Below, piece after piece: positions 11,468 to 24,059 of a stretch of DNA of 64,000 nucleotides. The DNA is taken from the NCBI GenBank assembly GCA_002269645.1, contig NIVC01000327.1, positions 1 through 64,000 on the forward strand, in the 5' to 3' direction. Each line of letters opens with the position of its first letter. Within the stretch, counting starts at the first letter, position 1. The notes under the pieces were generated by a model. It ran no database searches. It saw nothing but the letters and a program-made list of their open reading frames with translations, and was not told the origin of the DNA. This DNA is from Macrostomum lignano (taxonomy: Eukaryota). The position numbers and the translations under genes are program-made.

Positions 11468-12011
11468 TATTAATAGTGAAAGTGCTTATCCCCATGGTCC
11501 CGTGCCGATAATCTAATTTTATCTACACGGATCCGTGTTGATAATTTCCAGCTTATCCCTACAGCAGCTTATTGAAATAGCTGCTACCATTCAAGTCTAT
11601 ATAAAAGGCCATGTCAATAATTCCAATTTTATCCACACAGATCCGTGTCAATAATTTCCTTAGTAGGCCTAGCTATAGTAATGATGTAATAGTAATGATA
11701 ATAATAGTAATAATAATGCCAATATTGATTTAATGTTAATACCCAAAACTAAATACAAACAACTGCACCATCTTAGCCGTGGGGATAAACTGAAAATTAA
11801 TGACAGATCTGTGTGGATAAAATTGGAATTATTGACATGGCCTATAGGATAGACCTGAATGGTGCTGGTGACAGCTATTTCAATAAGCTGCTAGGGGGCC
11901 TATGGGGATAGGCCTAAGCTGGAGATTATTGACATAGCTCTATATAGATAAAATTAGAATTATTGGCATGGGACCATGGGTAGGGATGATGGATAATCAC
12001 TTCCATTAATA
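11468..12011. repeat. Long imperfect inverted repeat (arms ~11468-11658 and ~11792-12011), foldback/MITE-like
   Basis: Left CCCATGGTCCCGTGCCGATAATCTAATTTTATCTA...GGCCATGTCAATAATTCCAATTTTATCCACACAGATC mirrors right GATCTGTGTGGATAAAATTGGAATTATTGACATGGCC...TAGATAAAATTAGAATTATTGGCATGGGACCATGGG. Confidence 0.8.
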
Positions 12012-13741
12012 TTAGCTTAAGCTTTGTAGCCTTCTTGCCTAAGCCACATATTATTTCTATTACTTTATATAAGCCTATACATTTGTGGTGTTTTGGCTTA
12101 GGCCTAGCCCAAAGTGACCAAAATTAGGACTTTGCAAATGGTATGCAGATCTTGCGCATATATTGTCAATTCAATTGCTTGCATTCAGATTGCATAGCAG
12201 ATTGCAAGTGACTTATAATTGACTTATAATTTTTGCAGTTGGCTTACAATTGAATTATAATTATTGCATAATGTATAATGCAAGCCATTTACAAGTATTG
12301 CAATGAATAAATAAGCCTTGAGTCCTGACAAGTGGGTTATAATTGTAACAAGCAACTTGCTACTTGTAATTTGTTTATGGCTAGAGTTCCTGCATTGGAA
12401 CCCATTCTCTAATAGCAATGAATCCAGCATTGCTAGTGCCATATAGGAACATATAAAAAGACTAGGCCTACTAGACCTAGTTCTAAGAACATATCTTTAG
12501 AAGTCTAAATATTAAAAGCATTTTGTTTCAAATAATATAATATTTTAAATATAAAAAAATTAAAGCAAAAATAGAAGTATATTAAACTATTTTTGAAAAA
12601 AAACTCATAAATAGAACAGTATATCCTTGTGGTTTTGGCTATTAGTTTTATTAAGTTACTCTTAAGTAGATTTTAATTGGTTTGAATTTGATTGGTAGAA
12701 TGCTACCATTAGGTTCCTGATTTTCTCTAATTCTTACATTTAGATATTAGATAATTAGGTAAAAAAGATAGGCCACTAATATAGAATTAAAAATGTTAAA
12801 GAAAATTTTTTATTATTGATAAAATTTCCTTTGTACAAGAGTTATTTTATAATAAATCCCTTTTCTGAATGCTTTGGCAAGACTCCCAGAGTTTGTTAAG
12901 AGGCAAGACTCGTCATTAATGCAATATTAAATTATAAGTTATGCCCCTTATTTCTCTTACCTTTTAATATCTCTTGAAATTTCTAAGTTCAAAGACTATA
13001 AATGTAGGAACAATGCAATGCATTTCCTGAGAGCCCAACTGCTCTTTACTAGTAATGACTCCTACAAAACCCCAACTTAACCCAATTCCCAAGATTTCTA
13101 CAACTGAAACCTACTGTTAATAATATAAAAGCAAATGTGATCAGAATTCAGAGCAGAATTCATTGATTGTCTTTTTTTCTAATATAACTCCAAGCATAAT
13201 ATGAACTATAGAGCTAGATTAGCTATGTTGGTCAAGTGTTGTGTATATAAAAAAGACTCAAAGCTACAGATTACGTTTAATAGTTTCAATAAGTCTTGTT
13301 TTTTATCTTCTTTTGCATGTTAGTCTTTCCCTGCATCTTTGTCCTAATTTTATCTTTTTGGAGCATTATTTTTAATATTTACTTTAGCCAATTTATCTAA
13401 CCATATTGACCAGGTATTGCAATTATGTATTAAATAATAATAGAAAATTCATACTAGAATTTGCAAAAAGTAGAAATTAAAATTTCATATCTGTTGAAGG
13501 TGAATATGCAAAGTTTTGAGAAAATATTTATTTTAAACAAGTCTTTACCTATTTTAAAGATGCCATTCAATGCAAGATGCATCCTTTATAGTATTTATAT
13601 TATATTACAGTTTCATTTTAGAGTAATTCTTCAGAATATAATATAATCTCATTATTTATCATGTTATATACTGAAATTTGCTAATATATTTGATTTGCTA
13701 TGGTTATAAACTATAATTGCTTACCTTTCTGAGCAAATGTA

Positions 13742-16700
13742 ATGGGACCCAGGGCTGGCACAAAAGAATTCATTGAAGGCCTTAAAAAGCGCAAGTTTGC
13801 CAAGTAAGCTTAAATTATTTTGTTAATGGTCTCATTTTTAATGGAATTTTTATCAATTATTTCTATGATTTGTGTTGCCAGCCTCCCAGATCCTCAGATG
13901 CTGGGCCAGCCTCCCAGATCCTCAGTTGCTGGGTCAGACTCTCAGATCCTCAGTTGCTGGGCCAGTCTCCCGGAATGTCAGTTGCTGGGCCAGTCTCCCA
14001 GAATGTCAGTTGCTGGGCCAGCCTCCTAGAGTGTCAGTTGCTAGGCCAGCCTCCCAGAGTGTCAGTTGCTGGGCCAGCCTCCCAGAGTGTCAGTTGCTGG
14101 GCCAGCCTCCCAGATCCCCAGTTGCTGGGCCAGCCTCTCAGATCCTCAGTTGCTGGGCCAGCCTCCTGGAATGTCAGTTGCTGGGCCAGCCTCCCAGAGT
14201 TTCAGTTTCTGGGCCAGCCTCCCAGAGTGTCAGTTTCTGGGCCAGCCTCCCAGAGTGTCAGTTTCTGGGCCAGCCTCCCAGAGTGTCAGTTGCTGGGCCA
14301 GCCTCCCAGATCCTAATCCGCAACCCCTCCCCACCAAACCTGTCTCATCAGGTGCCAAGATGTGGTGGTGACAGCCAAAGGCCACGAGCTGGCAGACCTG
14401 ATTGACAAGACCAGTTTCCGCCAGCCATTCCTTGTGCCGAGTCCCGAAGGTTTGGACTTAGTTGTGCCACCAGGCAGCTTCACCATTCGAGATGTTGTGG
14501 ATTCCGTTGGCAAGGACCGTCTCGTTGACGTGATTGACGTACAAGAGCAGCACGACTTCAAGATGAGCATGGCCGATTTCTTTAATTGGTTCTATCAGGT
14601 GTGTTCGCAGAGAGTTGCTATTCGATCTTATTATCATGTAGATATTAATTACCGTTCTAAAACTAATAAATATGAATTTCATGTAGTTCGATTAAGTCAC
14701 TCCTAAAACCACTGAAAATTACCTATTCTAAAGAGTCGGTCATAATTCTCTTTTTCAGAATCACCAACAAATTCTCATTCTAAGAATCGCTCACAAATCT
14801 TTATTCTAAGAATCGCCCACAAGATCCTCCATTCTAAGAATCGCCCACAAACCCCCATTCTAAGAATCGCCCACAAGATCCCCCATTCTAAGAATCGCCC
14901 ACAAGATCCTCCATTCTAAGAATCGCCCACAAACCCCCATTCTAAGAATCGCCCACAAACCCCCATTCTAAGAATAGCCGACAAACAAACCCCTAATCTA
15001 AGAATCGCCCACAAACCCCCCATTCTAAGAATCGCCCACAAGATCCTCCATTCTAAGAATCGCCCACAAACCCCCATTCTAAAAATCGCTCACAAATATT
15101 TATTCTAAGAATCGCCCACAACCCCCTCCATTCTAAGAATCGTCCACAAATCCCCCATTCTAAGAATCGCCAACAAGATCCCCCATTCTAAGAATCGCCC
15201 ACAAGATCCCCTCCCCCATTCTAAGAATCGCCCACAAATCCCCATTCTAAGAATCGCCGACGAACCCCCATTCTAACAATGGACCACAAATCCCCCATTC
15301 TAAGAATTGCCCACAAACCCCCATTCTAAGAGTCACCTACAAATCCCTATTCTAAAAATCGCCGACAAACCCCCATTCTAAGAATCGCCGAGAAACCCCC
15401 ATTCTAAGAATCGCCCACAAACCCCCATTCTAAGAATCGCCCACAAACCCCCATTCTAAGAATCGCCCACAAACCCCCATTCTAAGAATCGCTCACAAAC
15501 CCCCATTCTAAGAATCGCTCACAAACCCCAATCTAAGAATCGCCCACAAACCCCCATTCTAAGAATCGCCCACAAACCCCCATTCTAAGCATCCCCCACA
15601 AATCCCCCATTCTAAGAATCGCCAACAAATCCTTAAAAATCGGGCCCACACAGGAAGACCGAGGCAACAAGATCTACAACGTGCTAAGCCTGGAGATTTC
15701 TGAGACTCGCCTGTCAAGCACAGTTGTACCGCCTAAACCAGTGAGAGACCTGAGCCTGGTTAACCGCTGCTGGCCAGACGAAAGCGGTCACCTAAGCGGC
15801 GAAGATTGCCCAGAAGATGACACCCGCAATAAGCCCGAAGTGTTGAAATTCTGCTTGATGAGCGCCGGTCACTCCTACACAGATTTTCACATCGATTTCG
15901 GCGGCTCATCAGTCTGGTATCACATTCTCTGGGGCGAGAAAATCTTTTATTTAATACCGCCTAGCGACGTGAATTTAGATCGATACGAATCCTGGATGGA
16001 GTCGCCGGATAATTTGACCGAATTCCTTGGCGATCGTTGCCCAGGTCAGGTGTATCAACTGAGAGTTACTACCGGTAATACTATTGTTCTACCCTCTGGT
16101 TGGATACACGCCGTGTACACGCCTATGGATAGCCTGGTGTTTGGCGGCAACTTCCTGCATTTGCACAGCGTTGAAATGCAGATTCGGTAAGCTCTCGGTC
16201 TCTGAATATCGCCCTAAGAAGTACAAATCGCCGATAATCTATAAAATCGTCACCAATCTATACAAATTGCCGATTATCTGTAAAAATCGCCCCTAATCTA
16301 TAAAAATCGCCCCTAGTCTATAAAAATCGCCCCTATTCTATAAAATCGCCCCTAGTCTATAAAATTAATCCCTAATCTATAAAAATCGCCCCTAGTCTAT
16401 AAAATCGATCCCTAATCTATAAAAATCGCCCCTAGTCTATAAAATCAATTCCTAATCTATAAAAATCGCCCTTAGTCTATAAAATCGATCCCTAATCTAT
16501 AAAAATCGCCCTTAGTCTATAAAATCGAGCCCTAATCTATAAAAATCGCCCCTAGTCTATAAAATCGATCCCTAATCTATAAAAATCGCCCCTAGTCTAT
16601 AAAATCAATCCCTAATCTATAAAAATCGCCCTTAGTCTATAAAATCGATCCCTAATCTATAAAAATCGCCCCTAGTCTATAAAAATCGATCCCTAATCTA

Positions 16701-19700
16701 TAAAAATCGCCCCTAGTCTATAAAAATTGCCCCTAGTCTATAAAAATCGCCCCTAATCTATAAAAATCGCCCCTAGTCTATAAAAATCGCCCCTAATCTA
16801 TAAAAATCGCCCCTAGTCTATAAAAATCGCCACCAATCTATAAAAATCGCCCCTAGTCTATAAAAATCACCCTAGTCTATAAAAATCGCCCCTAGTCTAT
16901 AAAAATCGCCCTAGTCTATAAAAATCACCCTAGTCTATAAAAATCGCCCCTAGTCTATAAAAATCGCCCTAGTCTATAAAACTTGGCACTAATTTATTAA
17001 GATCCCCTATAATTTATAAAATCGCCGATAATCTATAAAAATCACCCCTAATATCTAAATATCGCCCCTAATCTATAAAAATCGCCCTAGACTATAAATC
17101 TCGCTCCCTAATCTAAAGAAATCAATCCCTAATCTCTAAAAATCGCCCCTAATCTAAAAAATCGGCCCACCTATGAAAAATACTCCGCTTCCCAAACCAC
17201 GAGTCGGTACTAAAAACTTACCCCTTTTCCTACTAATTCTATGATTCAATATCATATCGAACAAACCCATCCCAGCATCCACGAGATGGAGCAGCGCTTA
17301 GCTACGGAGCGCAGATTCCAATTCCCAATGTTCGAAAAGCTGCACTGGTACGCGGCCCAGCTGTTTCTTGAACAGTACCAGGGCGACTTGGATGACCAGG
17401 CTTTGCCGGAATTCAGCCACGTTGAGAGCATGCGCTACCTGGTACAGGCTCTCGCCAGGTGGTACGACAAACGTCGAGGCAGTCCCTACCAGGCCGAATA
17501 CGTACCTGACAATCTCACACTGCCTCCCAGAGTGCTGCTGCGGGACTTCGACCGGCTTATTGGACAGTTTTACCGGGTGCACTGTCGGCGCAGGGGGGAC
17601 AGTGCTGGCGGCAAGGTTTGATGCTTGTCTATTAGTGGTCTCTGAGACTGAACCTTCAGCAACACCCTCCCAGATCCTCAGGCTGAACCTTCAGCCACAC
17701 CCTCCCAGATCCTCAGGCTGAACCTTCAGCCGCACCCTCCCAGATCCTCAGGCTGAACCTTCAGCCACACCCTTCCAGATCCTCAGGCTGAACCTTCAGC
17801 CGCACCCTCCCAGATCCTCAGGCTGAACCTTCAGCCACACCCTCCCAGATCCTCAGGCTGAACCTTCAGCCGCACCCTCCCAGATCCTCAGGCTGAACCT
17901 TCAGCCACACCCTTCCAGATCCTCAGGCTGAACCTTCAGCCGCACCCTCCCAGATCCTCAGGCTGAACCTTCAGCCACACCCTCCCAGATCCTCAGGCTG
18001 AACCTTCAGCCGCACCCTCCCAGATCCTCAGGCTGAACCTTCAGCAACACCCTCCCAGATCCTCAGGCTGAGCCTTCAGCCTTCAGCCACACCCTCCCAG
18101 ATCCTCAGGCTGAGCCTTCAGCCTTCAGCAACACCCTTCCAGATCCTCAGGCTGAACCTTCAGCAAAAACCTCCCAGATCCTCAGACTGAGCCTTCAGCA
18201 ACACCCTCCCAGATCCTCAGGCTAAACCTTCAGCCTTCAGCCACACACTCCCAGATCCTCAGGCTGAACCTTCAGCCGCACCCTCCCAGATCCTCAGGCT
18301 GAACCTTCAGCCGCACCCTCCCAGATCCTCAGGCTGAACCTTCAGCCGCACCCTCCCAGATCCTCAGGCTGAACCTTCAGACACACCCTCCCAGATCCTC
18401 AGGCTGAACCTTCAGCAACACCCTCCCAGATCCTCAGGCTGAACCTTCAGCAACACCCTCCCAGATCCTCAGGCTGAGCCTTCAGCCTTCAGCCACACCC
18501 TCCCAGATCCTCAGGCTGAACCTTCAGCAACACCCTCCCAGATCCTCAGGCTGAGCCTTCAGCCTTCAGCCACACCCTCCCAGATCCTCAGGCTGAACCT
18601 TCAGCAACACCCTCCCAGATCCTCAGGCTGAGCCTTCAGCCTTCAGCCACACCCTCCCAGATCCTCAGGCTGAGCCTTCAGCCTTCAGCCACACCCTCCC
18701 AGAACCTTCAGCCACACCCTCCCAGAACCTTCAGCCACACCCTCCCAGAACCTTCAGCCACACCCTCCCAGAACCTTCAGCCACACCCTCCCAGAACCTT
18801 CAGCCACACCCTCCCAGAACCTTCAGCCACACCCTCCCAGAACCTTCAGCCACACCCTCCCAGAACCTTCAGCCACACCCTCCCAGAACCTTCAGCCACA
18901 CCCTCCCAGATCCTCAGGCTGAGCCTTCAGCCACACCCAGATCTTCAGGCTGAACCTTCATTGATATCTTATAGGGGCTTAATTTTACTTGTAGCTGACC
19001 ATTTCTTTCTACTTTCCTCCTCGTGGTCTTCAGGGCGCAGGGAACGGCGGTCCCAAAGGCGGCGGCATCAAACTGAAAATCAAGCGCCAGCCAGAAAGCA
19101 AAGGCAGTCGAAAAATTGTCAAACACGTCATGTGAGTCCAAATAGAATTTGATAGATATGCTTTTATTTCTACTTAACTGCCCTGCGTCTTATAAGTAGT
19201 GTAGTGTGGATATAAATCAAATTATTGTTTTATTCCTTTTCTATAAATTCGCCTTTATTTAGCGAACAGGTGGACTCGATCACTGCTTCGAGTCCGAAAC
19301 GAAATTTCGACCAACGTGATAGCAGCGCCACTTCAAGCAAACAGCTTCACAAATACAAGAAGAAGCCTGGCAAAGGTTTAACTGCCAAGAAGCCTAATGA
19401 GTCATCTACTGCCGGTAAACGACGGAAAACTTTGTCTAGCAGCAACAATCTGGTTGGAATTAACGAGGGCGACTCTTCGGCTAGCGACGAGGGTATTGAT
19501 GTGGCCAAGTGCACCGAGGATGAGCAGTTCTGTGAGTAGCCTGGTGGCTTAGATATTTCTGGGTCTCTAATTAGGTTTGTGGGTCACTAATTAGGTTTGT
19601 GGGTCACTAATTAGGTTTGTGGGTCACTAATTAGGTTTGTGGGTCACTAATTAGGTTTGTGGGTCACTAATTAGGTTTGTGGGTCTCTAATTAGGTTTGT

Positions 19701-21635
19701 GGGTCACTAATAAGGTTTGTGGGTCACTAATAAGGTTTGTGGATCACTAATAAGGTTTGTGGGTCACCAATTAGGTTTGTGGGTCACTAATTAAGTTTGT
19801 GGGTCACTAATAAGGTTGGTGGGTCACTAATAAGGTTTGTGGGTCACTAATTAGGTTTGTGGGTCACTAATTAGGTTTGTGGGTCACTAATAAGGTCCGT
19901 GGGTCACTAATAAGGTCTGTGGGTCACTGATAAAGTTTGTCGGTCACTAATTCGGTTTGTGGGTCACTAATTGTGTTTGTAGGTCACTAGTAAGTTTGTA
20001 GCTCACTGCCCTCACTAATTATGTTTGTGGATCCCTAATTATGTTTGTTTGTAGCCTAATATAGCTCTCCGAATATGTAGCCTTTTTAGTGGGTCATTAA
20101 AACTCGACCCCCGCAGTTCTCAATTGTTCATTTCACTGTGCTTTTTTAATTACTATTTTAGACTACCCCACAGTGGAAGATTCAGACGAAGCTCGAGGCA
20201 GTGACAAAAATTGGAAGCCGAAGAGTCACTGTGAGTTCAGATTTTTTATTATGTATAATGTATTTCCTCTGGCATTTGCTCCGTGGAGGCAGAGCAGCTC
20301 TCACTGAAGGATCTAGCAGCTCTCCCTGAAGGATCTAGCAGCTCTCTCTGAAGGATCTAGCAGCTCTCACTGAAGTTAGGCTGAAGGATCTAGCAGCTCT
20401 CCCTGAAGGTAGGCCGAAGGATCTAGCAGCTCTCCCTGAAGTTAGGCTAAAGGATTTAGCAGCTCTCCCTGAAGGTAGGCCGAAGGATCTAGCAGCTCTC
20501 CCTGAAGGTAGGCCGAAGGATCTAGCAGCTCTCCCTGAAGGTAGGCCGAAGGATCTAGCAGCTCTCCCTGAAGTTAGGCTGAAGGATTTAGCAGCTCTTT
20601 CTGAAGGTAGGCTGAAGGATCTAGCAGGTCTCCCTGAAGGTAGGCTGAAGGATCTAGCAGCTCTCCCTGAAGTTAGGCTGAAGGATCTAGCAGCTCTCCC
20701 TGAAGGTAGGCTGAAGGATCTAGCAGGTCTCCCTGAAGGTAGGCTGAAGGATCTAGCAGGTCTCCCTGAAGGATCTAGCAGGTCTCTCTGAAGGATCTAG
20801 CAGCTCTCCCTGAAGGTAGGCTGAAGGATCTAGCAGCTCTCCCTAAAGTTAGGCTGAAGGATCTAGCAGCTCTCCTTGAAGCTAGGCTGAAGGATCTAGC
20901 AGGTCTCCCTGAAGGATCTAGCAGGTCTCCCTGAAGGATCTAGCAGGTCTCTCTGAAGGATCTAGCAGCTCTCACTGAAGGATCTAGCAGCTCTCCCTGA
21001 AGGATCTAGCAGCTCTCACTGAAGGATCTAGCAGCTCTCCCTGAAGGATCTAGCAGCTCTCACTGAAGGATCTAGCAGCTCTCACTGAAGGATCTAGCAG
21101 CTCTTCCTGAAGGATCTAGCAGCTCTTCCTGAAGGATCTAGCAGCTCTTCCTGAAGGATCTAGCAGCTCTTCCTGAAGGATCTAGCAGCTCTTCCTGAAG
21201 GATCTAGCAGCTCGCCCTGTACGATCTAGCAGCTTTCCCTGAAGGATCTAGCAGCTTTCCTTGAAGGATCTAGCAGCTTTCCCTGAAGGATCTAGCAGCT
21301 CTCCCTGAAGGATCTAGCAGCTCTCCCTGAAGGATCTAGCAGCTTTCCTTGAAGGATCTAGCAGCTATACCTGAATTAAACCTGAAGGCCAATGTCCTTC
21401 TCCAAGGACTAGTCAATGACCTTCAAACGTCACAGAAAGCAAATCTTACTAAATAGAACACCAATTTTCAGCCGACAAGGCAAAGCTTCGTGAAATGCGT
21501 CACCCTGAACAGCAGCAGAAGCAGTATGCAACAACAAAGCCAAAATCTGTTGCAAGCAGCCATCATAATCATCAGCCCAGCACCGCCAAGCAACGCTTGG
21601 GCAAAAAACTCGGCTTGTTCAAGTCATCTCGATAA
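13742..21635 (+). CDS. KDM7: JmjC histone demethylase, KDM7/PHF8/PHF2 family (spliced, ~593 aa from ATG 13742)
   Basis: Exons 13742(acceptor 13734)-13803, 14352-14598, 15654-16186, 17276-17615, 19034-19131, 19263-19531, 20162-20230, 21472-21635 join in frame. Motifs YTDFHIDFGGSSVWYH, WIHAVYTP, FGGNFLH, RFQFPMFE, YYPTVE..DKNWKPK and the C-terminal TAKQRLGKKL typical of PHF8/PHF2. The 5' end is uncertain. Confidence 0.9.
13877..14313 (+). repeat. Intronic minisatellite, 28-bp unit CCAGCCTCCCAGA(TCC/GTG)TCAGTTGCTGGG
   Basis: Tandem copies in KDM7 intron 1. Confidence 0.9.
14775..15630 (+). repeat. Intronic minisatellite, ~26-bp unit ACCCCCATTCTAAGAATCGCCCACAA
   Basis: Tandem copies in KDM7 intron 2. 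Confidence 0.9.
16205..17170 (+). repeat. Intronic minisatellite, ~20-bp unit TAAAAATCGCCCCTAGTCTA
   Basis: Tandem copies in KDM7 intron 3. Confidence 0.9.
17645..18958 (+). repeat. Intronic minisatellite, 35-bp unit GAACCTTCAGCCACACCCTCCCAGATCCTCAGGCT
   Basis: Tandem copies in KDM7 intron 4, with shortened variants at the 3' end; the same unit occurs at 34440-35228. Confidence 0.92.
19558..20040 (+). repeat. Intronic minisatellite, 20-bp unit CTAATTAGGTTTGTGGGTCA
   Basis: Period 20 is visible directly; KDM7 intron 6. Confidence 0.92.
20295..21370 (+). repeat. Intronic minisatellite, 22-bp unit GAAGGATCTAGCAGCTCTCCCT (33-bp variant with GAAGGTAGGCT)
   Basis: Tandem copies in KDM7 intron 7. 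Confidence 0.92.
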
Positions 21636-22571
21636 TTGACTTCGCCTCCAAATTGCCTGTTAATTAATTGCTTTTTTTTCCAAATAGTTTACTCAGAGTT
21701 TAATTCTAGCAATATTGTTATAATTCCTAGTGGAGTTGCAACTCAACAAGGTGTAAAAAATTCTAGTTAACAGGTTAATTTGACTCTGCAATTTTTTTGG
21801 AATTGCGGTACAAAGTTTGAATCTGACTTTAATCTGTTTAGCATTTTTTGTTGTTATAATTTCGTTTTTTTCTCTCTGGTGTCTTTAGATATCACTCCCG
21901 ACACTGCTGTTATTTTGTAGTTGACTAATTAATTAATTAATTAATTTCCTGTCTGTTTCAAAATTTATCGACTGCATGCGCATGATCGGTGGTGTTACTT
22001 TGAGTAGTATGATGAATTCCTGGTTATTTAAAGTTGAACTGTACAGATATTATTGTAATTGTAAGTTGATAGAAATTGATCTATTATAAAATATTGTGTG
22101 CTAATGACACTACTTATTTGAGTAACGCAGCTACGCTTTTTATAACAGTTTTTTGTCGTTTGTAAATAAAAAATGGTATATTACTTTATAATTGATCTGT
22201 GTAAATTTTAGCAAATTGTTTATGCGCGCGAAAAGCTTTACTCAGGCAGCAAAAGAGCGATTTCAGTCGTTCTGTTGTTAAACGAATTTCTGCCAACTCA
22301 TAATTTAGTATACCATATAATTAATTCAAGTAAAGAATTTGTTCATTTTCTATTCTGTTGAAATAAAGTCAGTAAAATTGTGTGTTTTAATGATGAGGCA
22401 TTTTAAACTGCTGCTGCAACTGCAACAAAATTAACTGCTCATGTTCAATTAAACAATAATAATAATATCATACTGTTTTCGTTACCATTTGGTGACTGAA
22501 AAAACTTTGACAGTGAAGTATGAATAATAATAAAAATATTATATTTTATGATTTTTTATTTTTAATCACCA

Positions 22572-23500
22572 ATTCCTGCTTAGAATCGCCTTTAATCCCT
22601 GCTTAGAATCGCCGTGAATTCCTGTTCAGAATCGCCTTTAATCCCTGCTTAGAATCGCCTTTAATCCCTGCTCAGAATCTCCGTGAATCCCTGCTCAGAA
22701 TCGCCTTTAATCCCTGCTTAGAATCGCCTTTAATCCCTGCTTAGAATCGCCTTTAATCCCTGCTTAGAATCGCCTTTAATCCCTGCTTAGAATCGCCTTT
22801 AATCCCTGCTTAGAATCGCCTTTAATCCCTGCTTAGAATCGCCTTTAATCCCTGCTTAGAATCGCCTTTAATCCCTGCTTAGAATCGCCTTTAATCCCTG
22901 CTTAGAATCGCCGTGAATCCCTGCTCAGAATCGCCTTTAATACCTGCTTAGAATCGCCATTGATCCCTTTTAGAATCGCCGTTAATCCCTGCTTAGAATC
23001 GCCGTTAATCCCTGCTTTTAATTGCCTTTAATCCCTGCTCAGAATCGCCGTTAATCCCTGCTTAGAATCGCCTTTAATCCCTGCTTAGAATCGCCTTTAA
23101 TCCCTATATAGAATCGCCTTTAATCCCTGCTTAAAATCGCCGCTAATCCCTGCTCAGAATCGCTTTTAATCCCTGCTTAGAATCGCCATTGATCCCTTTT
23201 AGAATCGCCGTTAATCCCTGCTCAGAATCGCCGTTTATCCCTGCTTTTAATCGCCTTTAATCCCTGCTCAGAATCGCCGTTTATCCCTGCTTTTAATCGC
23301 CTTTAATCCCTGCTCAGAATCTCCGTGAATCCCTGCTCAGAATCGCCTTTAATCCCTGCTTAGAATCGCCTTTAATCCCTGCTTAGAATCGCCTTTAATC
23401 CCTACTTAGAATCGCCTTTAATCCCTGCTTAGAATCGCCTTTAATCCCTGCTTAGAATCGCCTTAATTCCCTGCTTAGAATCGCCGTTAATACCCGTTTT
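22572..23500 (+). repeat. Intergenic minisatellite, 23-bp unit TTAATCCCTGCTTAGAATCGCCT
   Basis: Tandem copies downstream of KDM7. Confidence 0.92.
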
Positions 23501-24059
23501 TTTGTTGCCGTTAAGTCATGCTTAGAATCGACTTATTGTCATAGTGGCTTGAATATTTAAGCAAAACGTTTTAAAGCTACTTAAATAAGTTAAATTTTAG
23601 AAGCATTATAAAGTCAAATCAAATTAAACATAATTTAGAGCAAAAGAGCATGTTTTCTCTTTTGTTAATCAAGCCTTAAGCTAAAGCTGTTATCTTCATC
23701 CTTGTTTAATTCACAACAATAGATAGTAAGCCTGTTCTCAATGGAAACAACCCTGTTACTCAAGGCAAATATGAATGCCAAACAACTGCAGCTTTTTGTG
23801 TCTCGTCAGCTCAGAAGAGGTAGAACAGGTCTTATTGTTTGTAGAATTTGTTAGACATTTTTCTATTGATAAGCACTGCAACTTTTGCAAGTAAGTCAAG
23901 GCAAAGATGCAATTGAACGCTTGCTTCTGCATGAAGCATCTGGCACTTGGCCTGCTGTCTACTTGTCTCTATTGTTTTGTAGCACCCTTGCTCGTCATTG
24001 ACTCGTCTAGCAAGTTAAAACCTTTGTTATGCAATAGGATGCAGCCCCAAGGGGATGCA

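Noticed and set aside
12138-12210. Short Cys/His-rich peptide MVCRSCAYCQFNCLHSDC as the missing KDM7 PHD exon
   Set aside because: Spacing is C-x2-C-x5-H rather than x4, the W/F core is absent, it ends in a stop, and it derives from ATTGC-rich low-complexity DNA.
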